The notes under the pieces: generated by a model
The model's database searches: none
What the model was told of the DNA's origin: nothing
What the model saw: only the letters and a program-made list of their open reading frames with translations
Part shown: one piece after another, positions 37,270-50,988 of the stretch
How the letters are laid out: every line of letters begins with the position of its first letter
Position numbering within the stretch: position 1 is the first letter of the stretch
Assembly: GCA_977862235.1 (NCBI GenBank)
Contig: OZ374560.1
Span: forward strand, 1,612,001-1,676,000
Source: Dudresnaya verticillata
Taxonomy: Eukaryota
DNA length: 64,000 nt
Direction of reading: 5' to 3'
Position numbers and translations under genes: made by a program

Positions 37270-39875
37270 TTAGTTTTTCGCCTGAGGCGGTGGTTGTGGC
37301 GCTACATAGCGATTGATCATCGTCGGATGACGTTCTGCCGCGTGCGGCATGGGTCCGCCTCGTGGCGATTGTGGTCTTGCAGCACGGCGAGCAGCGTTGC
37401 GGGTCGTGCGTTCCTTGCAATGTACATACGCATCAGCGGGGACACCAGCCTTCTCGGCTTCGGTTAGTCCTTCATAGTTGGTAATAACCTTCATGAAGTC
37501 GCTCATGCGGAGGAAGCAGTCCGGCGCGATGTGTCCGCGGGCGTAGCATTGGTGGCATACCAGCTGCCGACGCGCGTCTTGACGGGGCGGGCCTCTGTTG
37601 TGCCATCCGGGCCTTGCTCGGTGAACGTAAGGAGCATACTCGGAATAGGGGACGCGTGGCGCGGGTACGACTGAGCGCCCAAAGGCGAGAGCGGGGTCCA
37701 TATCCCTTTCGTCTTCGTCATCGACGTAGCTGTCCGTCGGTAGAGCCGAGGTTGGCACCGACGCTTGTTCGTCTGCCAAGTACAGATCGCCTTCGGCGTG
37801 TGTTTCCATGTCATCGACAGGGCGGCTAACGTCTCGGAACTCGACGGAGGACTCCGCTATCATAGCGCGCGCTCCAGGCTTGGCGCCTCTCGTCTGTGGA
37901 CGCAGTACCCCTCGGGCATCGCCGATGGCGGATCGCGGTGTGCGTACGGCTTGAGCCGGTGTCAGTAGGTCACGTCGTGCTGACGCGGAACCGGCTCTGC
38001 CGTGTCGTGCGCGGTTGGCATCCTCTTCGTCCTGTGCGAAGTGGACCAGCCGCTCAAATGACAACTCCGCCCTTGGCGTTTCTTCTCGGAAGCGAGCGAC
38101 CAGGGACCTGATCGACGGGTCTAACCCGTCGATGTACAGCGTCATTTTTCCCAATCGGGATATACGTTACCGCAACGAATACACGCACCGGCTAGCCGCA
38201 TCCCATAGCTCTTCTCGTCCTCGCCTTGCTTCTGGGCAGTCGACCGTAGGGCGAGGACAGCGTCCCTGATCGCCGCTGGCGTAGCATACGTACGGAGGAG
38301 GTACTGTACCGCCTCCGGATACGAAGACACCCCGCCGCGATGGCGAGAAGACGTCGACTTGACGGAGCGGATTTGCGTGGCTGCCGTACCTCGCAAGAAG
38401 TACGGCAGTGCGACGAACGCTTGGGCTTCGCTCATCTCCAGCGTATCGGCTTCATCCGCGTAACGCCTCAGGAACTCGAGGACCATGATGAGGTCGCTGC
38501 CGTTGAAGGCGGCGTCCTTCATGGTCAGCTCCAAGCGCTTAATATGGTCCTTGACCTTACCCGTATCGCGCCCTGAGTGTTTTTGCCCTACGTCTTTGAG
38601 ACGGTAAGTCCTGTACGATAATAACTGATCGAAAAGGGGGTTGGAGGGGCGTAGCTCCTTCAACCCCTTGAACCGCTTTCCGCGAGGTCTTGCGGCACTG
38701 CCGAGAGTTGGGAAGTCGTCGTCCTCAGACGAAGAGTCTGATGACTCTCCGTCACTTGACGAGTCCGAAGAGGACGAGGATGAGTCCCCGCGTCGATGAC
38801 GGTTCTTCTTCCGTCTCTGACGCAGCTTGCGACGGCGTCTCTTCCGATCCTTACGTCTGTGACGATCTTCGCATGAGCTCTCGTCGCCCGACGGTGGACC
38901 GTTGCGCCACTTGGCGGCTTCGAGACGCTTTAAGCCAGTCGCAAGTCGCTGAAAGCGTTCGCGTGAGCTAAGCTCGGAATGCGAATGAACCGTTACTGCC
39001 GGCGGTGGTTGTGTACCCTCGCCTTGGGCGTTTTGGTTCGTCAGTAGACGGTCGAGGTCGGATCGAAGTCCTTGTCGGGCGCCGTTTCGATCCTCTTCCA
39101 GCGTCTGTAGACGACTTGCGATTCCTCCGACACTGTCGTCCAGCAACCCGGCGAATCGAGCGAGCATCGCATCGTCCTCTAAGACACACACCTCTCGGAT
39201 CCGTTCGCGTGGTATCGTTAAGTTACTCACGCGGACGGCCGAGGGTGACGCCGTTGGCGGTTGGCTTTCGCGGTTTGACCGGTCGGGCGTCCCTTGCGCC
39301 CTTTGACTTGGCGAATTCGGCTTAGCCGGTGAACAACCGGCACTGCCGTGGGGAGTGGGGCAACATGCCCCGTGTGTCAATGGTTTGTCAGCGACGTTGC
39401 GCTCCGCGGAGTGCCCTTGATCCTCGTTGACGGGGAAAGTTGGTTGATCCGGAAGTTCCGGTTGTCCCTCGACAATGTCGGCTTGTGTTCCGTCTACGAT
39501 GCCCTGTTGTTCGGCTTGTACTGTATCAGCCGAGTCAACGTAGGAGCGGTAGGTGCGGAGGGCCGATCTCTCGGGGACTGAGGTGCGGATGACGACGGGG
39601 TTGCGCGTCGGCGGGGGAGGTAACTCTCCTCCGTTGAGCGACGCGTGGGAGCCTGCGTGGCCGTGGCCCGGGGTAGCGTCGGGAACGCCGACGCGATCTC
39701 GGGGCTCACGAGGCGCCCAGACCTCGTTGTCATCCGCTGTAGCGACCGTTCTGACGCGGGTACACTCCCAGGCGTCGAACACGGTCTCCTTGAACTTGGG
39801 CCTCGCGACGGCGGCGGTCGTGAGGCCATGATACAATCGTAGAGTTGCTTGAACGTCGTGGACGATTAGCGACAA
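37270..39875 (-). pseudogene. gag: Gag of element B, frameshifted near 38150
   Basis: LLSYRTYRL, YPEAVQYLLRTYA and CCHC CHQCYARGHIAPDC. The true start is uncertain. Confidence 0.88.
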
Positions 39876-39938
39876 ACGTCTGAAGACGGAGAGTCGGACG
39901 TCGCACGACGGAGTAACTCGTTGAAACGTAGCACAATT

Positions 39939-39954
39939 CTAGGTCGGGAGACCA
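39939..39954 (-). promoter_or_regulatory. Primer-binding site of element B
   Basis: The reverse strand reads TGGTCTCCCGACCTAG 2 nt inside the 5' LTR boundary. Confidence 0.88.
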
Positions 39955-39956
39955 GA

Positions 39957-40847
39957 TGTGATGCAAACGTCTGAGACGATAGACCGCCGAGCAGTTCGGG
40001 GCTCGGTGGGTAGCTGCGCCCGTGGCGGTGAGTAGCCTCGCCTTGGGCGACTTATTGGTAGGGCAAAGGACACGCCTTGGGCGGACTGTAAACGCCCGAG
40101 GCGGAAAGGAAGGGAAAAGGAAACAGAAAGGGAACATGTCAATGACGATGGTAGACGTGGAAGCACGGGAGGTAGACGCTTGAGCCGTAGGCAGCGGTAA
40201 GATGCGCGCGTGCGGAACGGGGAAGTCTGGACCAAGGCCGGCTTGCCCGGGCGTTTACTGTTACGTCTGGGACGGCTTACCTAAGTATAGTACGGCGGCG
40301 GCGGTGCGTGTGCGTAGCGCGGGAACTCGGGACACGTGTCGTCCCGAGGCGCATCTGACAGAGCACCCATCGCATGCAGCCGCGCGCCTGACAGGTTGCC
40401 GTACAACCCCCTGTGTGGGTGCTTACACGCACACGTGGACGCGTGTGCCTTACAGCCGTGCGCGCGCGCGTACTGTAGAGCGTGCGCCCTGGATATAATC
40501 CGATACTTGTCCGATCCCGATCCCATCCGGATCGGGCCAGCAATGCGAATACCCGCAGCCTTACAGGCGCGTATCTTACAGCCCAGGCGATCCAGATAGC
40601 CAATCTGGATACCGCATCCGGATCCCATCTGGATCCGTATCACAGTGCCCCGGGGCGCCACGTCGGATCACCGTACAGTGCCCGCGTGGCGCGCGGCGCG
40701 CAGTGTGCGCGCGCGCCCCAGTGAGCCGTCGATGACGTGTTCGCGCGCCACCGGCGGTGGTGAGCGCCGGTGGCGGTTTCTCCGTCGGTCGACGTATTTG
40801 GTCTGCCCGCTTTCAGCGAAAAAGGGCTCACCTCCCCTTGCACCACA
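39957..40847 (-). repeat. 5' LTR of element B (891 bp)
   Basis: Direct repeat of 27561-28454. Confidence 0.97.
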
Positions 40848-40852
40848 GGAAT

Positions 40853-41611
40853 GAGGGTCGCAACCAACACAACCCACGAGTCCAACGTGGAAGGGTAGCC
40901 GCGGTGACGCGTGTGAGCGCGTCGGTGCGTGGTAGGGTAGAGCAAGGGGAAGGCCCCACTGTGCGGACTGTAAACACACACCAAAGCCCGTGTGAGCACG
41001 CAGTGAGCCAGAAGGTGGGGGAACCGGCACAACAATCGTGTGAACACGAAGGTAGAAAGGTGTCAGCACCACAGGCGTACGTAGCCCAGCTCCGCGATGG
41101 CTTCACTCGCCAAACGCACGGAGGTAGGGGGTACCCTAAGTGTGGAGCCGAAGCTTTTTTGGGTTTGCTGTAGGAAGTCGGTCCTAGCCCCTTACGTCCC
41201 ACCGCCGGCGGCGGCGTCGCGGCGGTGGCGACTAGGGCTACTGTACACTAGCAAATAGACTAACACTAGAGTACAATAAACTAACACTACAATAGCACAG
41301 TGTACCTATTGTACACCGACACCAGCACGCTGTAAGACTTGTAATGACGCGTGCCGTGCGCGTGTGCACGTGTCACGCGTGTTGCGCGTGTCTTGCGCGC
41401 GCTTGCGTGGCGGTGGCTGTAAGGCGGGTGCGGCCCTGTAAAGGCGACGGCGGGGGAAAGCCCCGGGGGCGGGGGCGGGCCCGCTATGGTGGTTGACCAC
41501 TGGCCAATGGGTGAGCCCAACTTGGCGGTGCGCGTCGCGGACGCGCGTGATCGCGCGGTCGAAAAAGGGGCTATCAAGCCGCTCTGCGGGGAGCCCGGGC
41601 GTTGCACCACA
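40853..41611 (-). repeat. Major part of the 3' LTR of element C
   Basis: Direct repeat of 53992-54750, flanked by a C8 run (reverse-strand PPT GAGGGGGGGG) at 41612-41621. Confidence 0.95.
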
Positions 41612-41871
41612 CCCCCCCCTCGGTAAGACGCGACCGCGACACGACAAGTTCTGGAGCTCACTCCCTGCTTTTGTGCCACGCGGCTTTCAGCGCTGGGAGT
41701 ATTCTCCGTCGTCCTAGCGGTCAACCGCCCGCGCGCCCATAGCCGTACCGCGCGAGCGGTGGCTGAGTTGCAACTTTTCACGTACGTGCGTTGCGTTTAG
41801 CGTACGCGGTTTGCCGCTCTTCGTGGTGTGAACACCTTTGTCTCGACCCGCTGGTCGCACCTGACCACACG

Positions 41872-43925
41872 ATGCCGCAGTACAACGCCGATGGCAGCTT
41901 ACTGCTTGGGGGTGCTGTCATCAACGCCCCGTCGAAGCAGGTATCGTTTCCTGCTCCAAATGATTACTTGGAGAAAACCCGTTGGAGCATCCAGGGCTGT
42001 TCGCGAGGGCGCCCTGGATGCATCCTCAAGACGTGGATAACCACGAAGTGCTGGAGTTGTACTCCCATAATGGCAGGTTGCCTGGGGATATCCCCTTGGA
42101 TGGCGTCGATCGCAACAGCTGGAAGCTGTACGGCGCCATGCCCGCGTCATGCGTGCGCCGGTGCGGTCATGAGACGGCGTCGCACGCTCGGGCGTCCTTC
42201 GTGAAGCCCACGCATCAGCGTCTCTACCGGCTGCCGTGCAGCGTGCCGGTGGAGTACGAAGTGGAGGTAGACCTCATGTTCTATAGACAAGATGGGGATA
42301 TCCCCTATGTGTATCGTCTGCTCGACCGACCACTGCCCCCGGCGTGGCGAGGGGACGTCACAGATATTGGAGACGACTCCTTGTTTGGGGGGCAGCGGTT
42401 GATGGCAGAATTCCGCTACGTTCGCAAGCGGGATTACCCGTTCTTCGACCGGTGCATCCGGTGGGAACGTGAGGCCCGGCAGCGCCACGGCGTGCTTGTT
42501 CCCTACCAAAACGTAGAGATCGAGCGCGTCCGGCGCGACGTCCTGCCGCGCCTGTACGTGCGCTTCCCACCAGGTTGGGCCCAGTCGGAGTCGCCCGACG
42601 GCATGTTTGTGGAGCTTCCTCCCGTCCTGCCCTACAAGGGCAAGGACTTAATAGACGATTTGGGTTCACCCTTTTGGCGCGTGTTCTACACGGAGTGGGT
42701 GGCGAAGTTTGCCGCCTCCTGGCTGTGGGAGTGCTACGACACCTGTCGCATGTGGTACCTCCCCGCCCCCGTGTTAACACGCTTTAACAGGATTCCCCTG
42801 CGCCATGTTCTCGGGAGTCGTGCTAGTGCACAGGAGTTCGACTCCTTGCTAAACATTTACGGTACGATCGACTGGGACGATCCCGGCGACGTGCCGTTGG
42901 CAAACCGGAGAGCCGGAAGAGCGCAGGGTACTTCCCAGAGGCGTGACCGCCGGAACCTTGCACCTGGTCGCCGCCACAATGCGTGCGACGACTGGGTGTG
43001 GTTTGACGCGTGGACGCGTGGGTTTCTGGACGCCGACCAGGCGGCGTCCTTGCGCAGTCAGCGACGGGAAATCCCGAGAGGCCACTTGCGTGGTTGGGTC
43101 TTTTCACCAGATGTGGTGCCGCCGTTTCAGGCGGCCCAACACACCGACGCGGATGTCGCGGCCGAGTCCGATCAAGAACTGGGTTCACCCATGGGTGAGG
43201 ACGCCCTCAAGCCTGCTACCGGTGTGGTAGCCGATGAGGCCACCAACACTGGCGGCGCGTCGGACCTTGCCGTCGTGCGCCGCTTCCTCTTGGAAGCGGG
43301 CGTCGTGGCGGTGGGAGATGCGGTTACACGTGAGGATCTGCTCGCGCGTATTCGCGGCACCGCCCAAGGTGGACCGTCCACAGACATAGGGGTGAGCCCC
43401 AAGCAGGTCGTAGCGGGTCAGGCTAATCCTGCCGCTAACTATGAGGACGCCGGGGGCGATACGGTATCGCTGAGCGAGCCGACCCCGGCGTCGGCGCTGC
43501 CAGCAGGTGTGCCTGCTTGGATGGCACAGGGGTTATCCCCGATTGGGCCCAGTGGTGTCGTCATCCCCGCAGCCGTCGCGGCGGCGAACATCGCACGTCG
43601 TGGGCGGGTGGGGGCGGCGGCAGCTTCTGCTGCTGGTAGCGCCAAGTACGGGGAGATCCCCAAGAGTACGGGTGCTCCCGTTGCGTTGGCCGAGAAGTCC
43701 ATGGCGGCCCCGTTGCTGCGCAGCCAGCCTCCCCCTGACCCACGCGGTGAGCGTAAAGGAACCGGCGACGCGCAGGCGGGAGCGGGGGACGTCGAAATGG
43801 CCGACGCGGGTGATCCCGATGCGGTAGGGGCGACGGCGTCACCTGACCTAGACTATTGCGTCGAGGTCGAGGGTGACGCCGCGGCGGCAGAGGACCGCGA
43901 TCTGGTAGACTACGGCGACCTATAG
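41872..43925 (+). CDS. Antisense accessory ORF of element C; one apparent frameshift near 41980
   Basis: MPQYNA...APSKQVSFPAPNDY (41872) continues in another frame as LEHPGLFARAPW... in the 647-aa ORF 41982-43925. It has the same motif series as A and B. Confidence 0.87.
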
Positions 43926-44326
43926 CGGGGTCGCTGTAGTGGCGTGTAGACACGTAGGGGCGAGCGGCAGCGCGTTTGACTCGCGTAGTAGTAAGTCGCG
44001 TCTAGCGCGTGGGTGTTCCCAAAAATAAAGCGCTAAGGCTTGGGGGTATTGCCCTGTTTGCGTGAAGTCGGACGCGGGCGGCGCGCGGGCGGCGCGCGGC
44101 GGTACGCGAAGATGCGCGGGCGGTGCGCGGGCAGCGCGCGACGATGCGCGGGCGGTGCGCGGGCGACTCGGCGCCGCGCGGGGATGCGCGGGGGTGCGCG
44201 GGCGGTCCGTCCGTCTGTCCCACGACGCGTAGGCATTGCTGGCGCATGCGCCTTGTTTTCGTGAGGACACGTGCCCTTTTGGGTGCCCCTTGGCGGCGCC
44301 TCTCACCGCGCGCTCGCCGGCCATGT

Positions 44327-44536
44327 AATTCGGCGCGCCTATTGGTGCGCTTCAACTACACGAAATTCGGCGCGCGGATTGGTGCGCTTGATGAACGTGC
44401 TTACACGAAATTAACGTGCGCGTTGGTGCGCTGCGCAAACGTGCTTACACGAAATTCGGCGCGCGCATTGGTGCGCTGCGCAAACGTGCTTACACGAAAT
44501 TCGCCGCCCGCATTGGTGCGCTTGATGACCGTGCTT
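44327..44536. repeat. Tandem array of a ~45-bp unit in the spacer of element C
   Basis: TACACGAAATT at 44357, 44402, 44446 and 44491, each followed by ..TTGGTGCGCT..; one partial copy upstream. Confidence 0.92.
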
Positions 44537-45133
44537 GGTCGAGTGCAATGTCTTGTGCCGCCTTGCACATGTCGTTCGTTCGATCGAACTAGCGGTAATG
44601 CGACTCGCGGGTTCACCCGTTGACGGGCGCTTGTGTGCATTGTCGTTGGGGCTTTCCCCGTTGTGTTCGTGGAAATCCCGGCGCGCGCCGCGCGAGCGGA
44701 TGCATCGGAACCGGCGGGCGTACGACGCCAAGTCGGGGTGGTCCCTCGTTCTGCAGGTCTTCGCTGCATCTGCGAAGTGGCAGCGAGTCGCCTGGCGGTC
44801 AATCGGGTTAACCCGTAGTGGTACCACCACTATTGTCAAGTGACAATTGCCGTTCCCTTCGCGCCCGTCTGCACAAGGCCAGCGCCGTGGGGCGTTCCAA
44901 GGTCCAGTCTGTGCTGTCCCGGCGTGCGCTGCGTGTGGGCGCGCCCCCTCGTCGTGTGCGCGCCCGTTCGCGATGGCGCGGAACTAGCGTGCAGATGAAA
45001 TTGGGGCGGTCCCCGCTGGGCGCGAATGGTCGTCAGCGGGCGACCCGGGTGTGCGTGTGCAGTTCTTGCTCGGCGGGGGCCTGTGTGGGGTTTACCCCTT
45101 TTTGACCAGGGTCGGCTGTCAACCGTTACCGGG

Positions 45134-48100
45134 CTAACCTGCGCGTGCGTCGTCGATGTTAATCGGCGGGGCAGGTGTTGTCGCCGGTAATAGCGGAGCA
45201 CATGCGATCGAGGCACGTGCTCCAGCGGCTCCCAGGTGTTATCACCAGACGCGTAGCCATACCACTTGACGTGGAGGCGCAGCGAACCGTTATCGGCGAC
45301 ACCGTGGTCGATGACGCGTTCCATGACGTATTCGTCCGTCGGGTTGGCGTCGTCGCGCGTGGACGCCACGGTGTGGGGGTGGACCCCAGTGGTCCCGTGC
45401 CTCGTCCGCTGACGTGGTCGAGTGGGTGTTAACACCTTTGAATTGCGAGGACGGGTGAAGCGGGTCGGGACTGGTGTAGACACCTCTTTCTCTTCCTGCG
45501 ACGAGCAGGAGGAGGAGGCTGGCTGTCCCGTGAGGCAGCTTACCGAGCCTTCGTCATCCGATGGGGAGTTCCCCTTTGTGCCTCGGCACCTTGTACACGT
45601 GTGCGGCGCGGCACCTATCGAGGACAGCGATCCCTCGGGTTTGTTCAGGTGGCCACGGAAGAGGTCCCTTCAATCGGCTTGATAATGGGGAGTTCCCCTT
45701 CGGTTGTGGCGGCTTGCTTTGCGGGCTCGGGGGCCGCGGGAGACGGAGACGGACTGTCTCCAGGGCCGATTTCCGCGAGCCCAGTGTCGCGCATGAGAGT
45801 TCGTCGCGACTCTTTCGCGGGCTTCTGGGGTTATCCTCTGTATAGCACGTCGGATAGGATTCCGTCCGACTGGTCGCCTACGACTTGCGCGCCGGCCGAG
45901 TGGGCTGGCGCAGGCGGTTGTTCCGCGGCGTTGTCCATGCGCGTCAACCGCGCTATGGCCTGGCGGTCGATGGCTCCTGGCCGCGGCCGGCGGTCGCGCG
46001 CGGGGTTCAGCGGTGGTAGGTCCGCCAGCCCCCTCGGTATGCCTGGGGGCGCAGGTGCAGACACCAGTGTAGACGCGGGCGTCTCGGTTCGTCGTACGGG
46101 TGGAGCCCGGAATTTAATTGGGATTTTCCCAAATTGCCAGCACCCTGCCGCGTCCTGTTAATTCGGTTTTCAGGACGCGGGGCGCTGACAGCCACACGCG
46201 CGGGAGGTACGTCGCGCTCTGTGCCCTTACGGACACGTCTGCCCTCGCCCTGAGAGGCGTCTGAGGCAGCGGCAGCGGTTCCCCCTCCAGATTCGCGCGC
46301 TCCCGCGGCGTTCGAGCTTGCGCCCTTTAGACCGGGAGTGCTATTCGACGTGTGTGCGGGCAGTCCAGTATTGCGTTGGTCGACCCTGAAGGCGCTTTCC
46401 GCATTGTCCGCGTTTTCCTTGGGGCTTTCCCCTTCATGTGCACCTGACTCGGGCGCCCGCATGTGCGTTCCCGAGTCGTGCGATACTGTGGGCTCGACCT
46501 GGTCGCCCGGGTCAGCCGTGACAGCTTTCGGCGACGTGCGCCTAGCGATCTGGGGCAACGTTTCCGCGATCGCTTTGGGGTTTACCCCTCTTGGTGCTAT
46601 GGGTACCGCCTTCGGCGATCCAACTGCGAGGGGGCGTTCCCTATCTTCCCGTCCGTCGGCGCCAGCTCTAGGCGCCCGATCGGTTCCACTGGGGAGATCA
46701 GGGGGTCATCCCCGTATTGCGAGTGGGCGGCGCTTGCGCCCGCTCTACCTGGGTTAACCCATTATCGACACCTTGCGGCGGGGATGATCTTCGTTGTAGT
46801 TCCCCCGCTGGCTCGGCGGTGCGTTCATCCGCATGGGCGGCTGCTGGGGGCGCACTCGCCGACGTCGGGCTCACTATTTCAGCGCCGGCGATTGGCGCCT
46901 GGAGGCCCGTTTGGACTATTGTGGGGCCTCCATGCCCCGGTGTCTCTACGGCCGACCGCGGTGTGTGGACGTCCATTCATCCCGCTGTTGCGGCCGTGCG
47001 GTTATTTCTTATGGGGTTCACCCCTTGTGGACCGTCCGTGGCGTTATCGGTACCCTGGTCGGCAACCATTGGCGGTAATCCGCTTGGACTTGGTGCTAAC
47101 ACCGCACGGTCGCGCGAGAGCCGTTCAAGCTGGTCGCCCATTCGGACCGTGACGGTCTTCTCGTCTGCTGCGGTTACCTTGAATGGACCTTCGGCAACGG
47201 GTGACAGCTTGTGCTTGCGGTCCGTCCGCTTGAAGTATTCCCTTCGGACGAATACTTGGGAGTTCACTCCAATATCTTCGCGGGACCTGCGCAAGCGCTC
47301 GTCCAAGTTGCGCTTGTAACGCGCTTGGGCTTTACCCATTTCAACCGAGGCTGTCCTCATTAATGCGCGTAACCACTCCCGCCACTTCGTGGTGTACTGT
47401 GCTCGCGTGGGGATATCCCCTATCTTCGGCTCGGCTATTACCGATAATGCCGGAGGCGGACGTGATAACACGAGTTGGAATGGGGCCATCTTCGTTGACG
47501 TGTGTACTTGCGTGTTGTGCGCGTACGTTAGCGTGTCGGAGAAGAGGTCCCAATCGCGGGGTGGTCAGCCACATAGTGTCGTAGGGCGGCGAGGATCGTC
47601 TGATTGAACCTTTCCACCTGGCAATTGGCCTGCGGATGGTAGGTCGTCGTGAAGCTGTTCTCGACGCCCAGGTCCTTGCAGATGGCTTGGAACAGTTTGG
47701 CGACAAACTGCTTCCCGTTGTTAGACAACAGCCAAAACGGGGGACTATATACGAACACCCAATGGCGTACAAACGCCCGTGCGACATCCATGGCGCTGAT
47801 CGTGCGAAGCGGGATGGTCCGGACCAGCTTGGAAAAGCGGTCTGTTATCACCAACAGGTACCGGTCTCCCCGCTTCGTCCTGATCAAGTCGCCAAGGATG
47901 TCGATGGAGACAAACTCCAGTGGCGCCCGCGCCGGGAAAAGCTTCATTTCGGTGGAGTTCCGCCTGAGCTTAACCCGGTTGCGGGCGCACGTCGCGCAAT
48001 TTCGCGTTGTCGCGTATCAATCTACGGCCATCGATGCGAGTAGAAGTGCTGACGCAGGGAGTAGTATAACTTCCTCCCACCGGGATGACCCGAAAGCTTC

Positions 48101-50827
48101 GAGTGATGACTCAAGTGAAGCACTCTCGCGTGTATCGCATATGGGATGACGATCTGCGTCCGCGCTTCGACGAGGTGCACAAGAATGCCGTCCTCGTCGA
48201 TGCGAAAGGGTAACCCCTCCCCCCGTTAAGACGGGAGCGGATCTGCGAGCAGAACGCATCCCCGAATTGGGCATTGAGGAGTTCCTCTGTTGTTATGCGA
48301 GCGAGCAGCGCGTCCGACTCCTTAGGCTTTGCCAAAAGGAGTTTGTCGAATGCTTCGTGCTCCTCGCCGAAGTAGTCGTCGTGGTCACAAAAGGCGCAAT
48401 CGCCATCGGTGCAGCTAGTCTGACACTCTGGGGGTGGATCCCGAATTTCTGCATGATAACACGGTACGTCGTCGTCGATCTCCACGGTGGTTTCACCTAG
48501 GGTGTGGAGTCGCGACAACGCGTCGGCTTGAGTATTCAGGTGGCCTTTCTTGTAAACCACCTGGAACTCAAACTCCGAAAGGCGTAAACGCCACCTCACC
48601 AAGCGGCCGGATGGATCATTGATCTCCATGAGCCAGGACAATGATGAGTGATCCGTGTGTATCACGAAAGACTCCATTTGGAGGTACGGGCGGAGAGTCG
48701 TCACGGCCCAAACGACGGCCAGACACTCCTTCTCCGATACGGAACAATTCCGCTCTGCTGAGTTCAGCGTACGGGACCAAAACCCGAGTGGCTTGCGACT
48801 GCCGTCGGGGTGTGTTTGAAACAGTTCACACCCGATTTCGTAGTCACTCGCGTCGGTATCAACCGAATAGGGTAAACCCGTAAACCCGCAAACCCGTTAT
48901 GCGGTAACGCAAGGACTGGCGGCTCGATAACGAGCCGGATCAGTTGGCGGAAAGCCGCCTCTTGTTCGCCGGTAAGCGGCTCAAGTTTTGGAGATTGCTC
49001 CTTCTTCAACAGCTGGTTGAGGGGCGCAGCAACGTGCGAGTAACGCGGGACAAAGCGTCGATAGACGTTACAGAGTCCCAGGAAGGAGCGAAGCTCCTTC
49101 TGCGTTCGAGGGTGCTGCGCCTCTCGAAGTGCGGCCGTTACTGTCCGGTCAACTGCCAACCTTCCTGGCTTAATAACATGGCCGAGGTAGGTCACGGTGT
49201 CCGTGAACAGGTCGAACTTCTTCAGCTTGAGCGTGAAGCCAGTACGATGAAGCGCCTTGAGGATCTCCTCCAAATGCCCGTAGTGGGACTCGATGTCCTT
49301 CGAAAAGATGATGACATCATCGAGGTAGACCAAGCACGACTTCCACTTGTACCCTGCCAACAAAATGTCTAGGGTACGTTGGAAAGTCGCCGGTGCGTTG
49401 GTCAACCCGAAGGGCATCCGCTTGAAGCGAAAGAGTCCCGCGCGGCAGGTGAAAGCCGTCTTATCGCGATCACGCGCAGCAATCGGGATTTGCCAATACC
49501 CGCTATTGCAGTCCAACGTGGTGAACACGCTAGCCTCCCCCAACGATTCAATGCACTCGTCGATGCGGGGGAGCGGGTATGTATCCCGGACTGTCATCGC
49601 GTTGATGCGGCGGTAATCCACGCAAAATCGGAGCGTTACGTCCTTCTTAGGTGCAAACACCACTGGCGAGGTCCAAGGCGATTGAGCGGGCTCGATGACG
49701 CCGTGACGGAGCATGCGATCAACTTCTTCCTGTGCAAGCTGGCGCTGCCGCGGCCCCGCCCTGTAGGGCAGCGAGGCAAATGGGCGCGCGCCGGGAAGGA
49801 GTTCAATGTAATGCTCCGTCGTGGTGATTTCACCTAGGGAACTATCCCACATTGCGGAGAACCACTGAAGTAACCGTCTTACCCGCTCTTGGTGAGCAGC
49901 GGGTAAGTGGCTAAGATCGACGTCGTCGACAGTTGTAGTTATCTCCTGTGCGTCCCCCGGTAAGGGGGGCGTCGTTATGGGTTGACCCGTTTGTTTCGTG
50001 CTTGCCACGTTAAGTAACTCGTCCGCTTCCGTCGTCGCGATGCCCAACACATCCCTCAGCTGCACGTGGCTGGGGATGACGGCAGTGGGGTGCGGCAGGG
50101 CGGTTGCGACGACTTGCCCCTTGAGTAGCAAGCGCTTCGTCGCGGAGAAGTTCGCGACGAGTATGCGGAACGGTTCGTTCGGCGTTACTTGGGCAATCCC
50201 ATTTGTGGCGAGGACGCCGTGTCGCTGGTAAGTGGAGTCACAGGGTTGGATGAATATTGCAACCGCCCGTTCAGTGGTGACCCACACCCACTTCTGCGAA
50301 CGCTCAGGTATTACTACCTTTTCGGCGATCCGAATCTTTGGCGACAAGCACCCTGTGATCGGGCTAGGCTCGAGATCACTTGCGGTTAACCGCTGTGCAG
50401 CTGGGAGGTGGGAGAGTGGACGACGAGTGATGGGCACTACTGTGCCATCGTCCATCTCTACTTCCCTTGAGCGTGGGTGAATCGCCTCCACGAACCGGTC
50501 GCAGAAGTCGCACCCAAGTATTACGGGTGCGGCGAGCCGGTCGCACACGATGAAGTCAAGCTTCACAACGCGCCGGCCCAAGCGGACCACAAGACCCAAG
50601 GTTCCTAGGGTTTTGATCGCGTTGTTGTTCGCGTCGGCGATCTTCGGGATATTACCCGTGCGCAGCGGCTCCAGTGCGGAGGGCGCCACTTCGGTTTTTC
50701 GAATGAAGTTGGGGCCTGCCCCGGTATCGAGAACACTGAACTTCCTCGTCATGGCCGCGGTGGTGCTGCCAATGTCGGCATACACCTTATAGTTACGCTT
50801 GGCCATGACGAAAACGCGGTCCCTCAA
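45134..50827 (-). pseudogene. pol: Pol of element C, many frameshifts and stops, very long integrase-chromodomain linker
   Basis: VLDTGAG, YLDD, RNase H and integrase fragments (48111-48704, 47528-47947, 46977-47489 with GPFKV). Chromodomain EYVMERVIDH...VKWYGY...NTWEP at ~45150-45335. Confidence 0.93.
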
Positions 50828-50988
50828 GTGTGGGGGCCGGTAGCGCGTCTCCGCTTTGGTGTTAACACCTTTGTTGGGGTTAACCCCTGTTGATGGAGAT
50901 GACTCCTTTGTTGGCTCGTCGTTCCCAGTCGCCTCCCCTGTTGGAACATGGGGAGGTGACTCCCCTGCCTGGAAAGGCGGAACCCGGC

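Larger units (their letters stand above)
27561..40847 (-). mobile_element. Ty3/Gypsy chromodomain LTR retrotransposon (element B), complete
   Basis: LTRs at 27561-28454 and 39957-40847, with a perfect GGAAT TSD (27556-27560 and 40848-40852). Confidence 0.97.

Noticed and set aside
44327..44536. CRISPR-like appearance of the 45-bp array (and of the A spacer modules)
   Set aside because: The units are contiguous without unique spacers, there are no cas genes, and the context is a eukaryotic retrotransposon.
48880..48900. Short AAACCCG triplication in C RNase H
   Set aside because: A local slippage duplication that disables the frame, not a telomeric or functional array.
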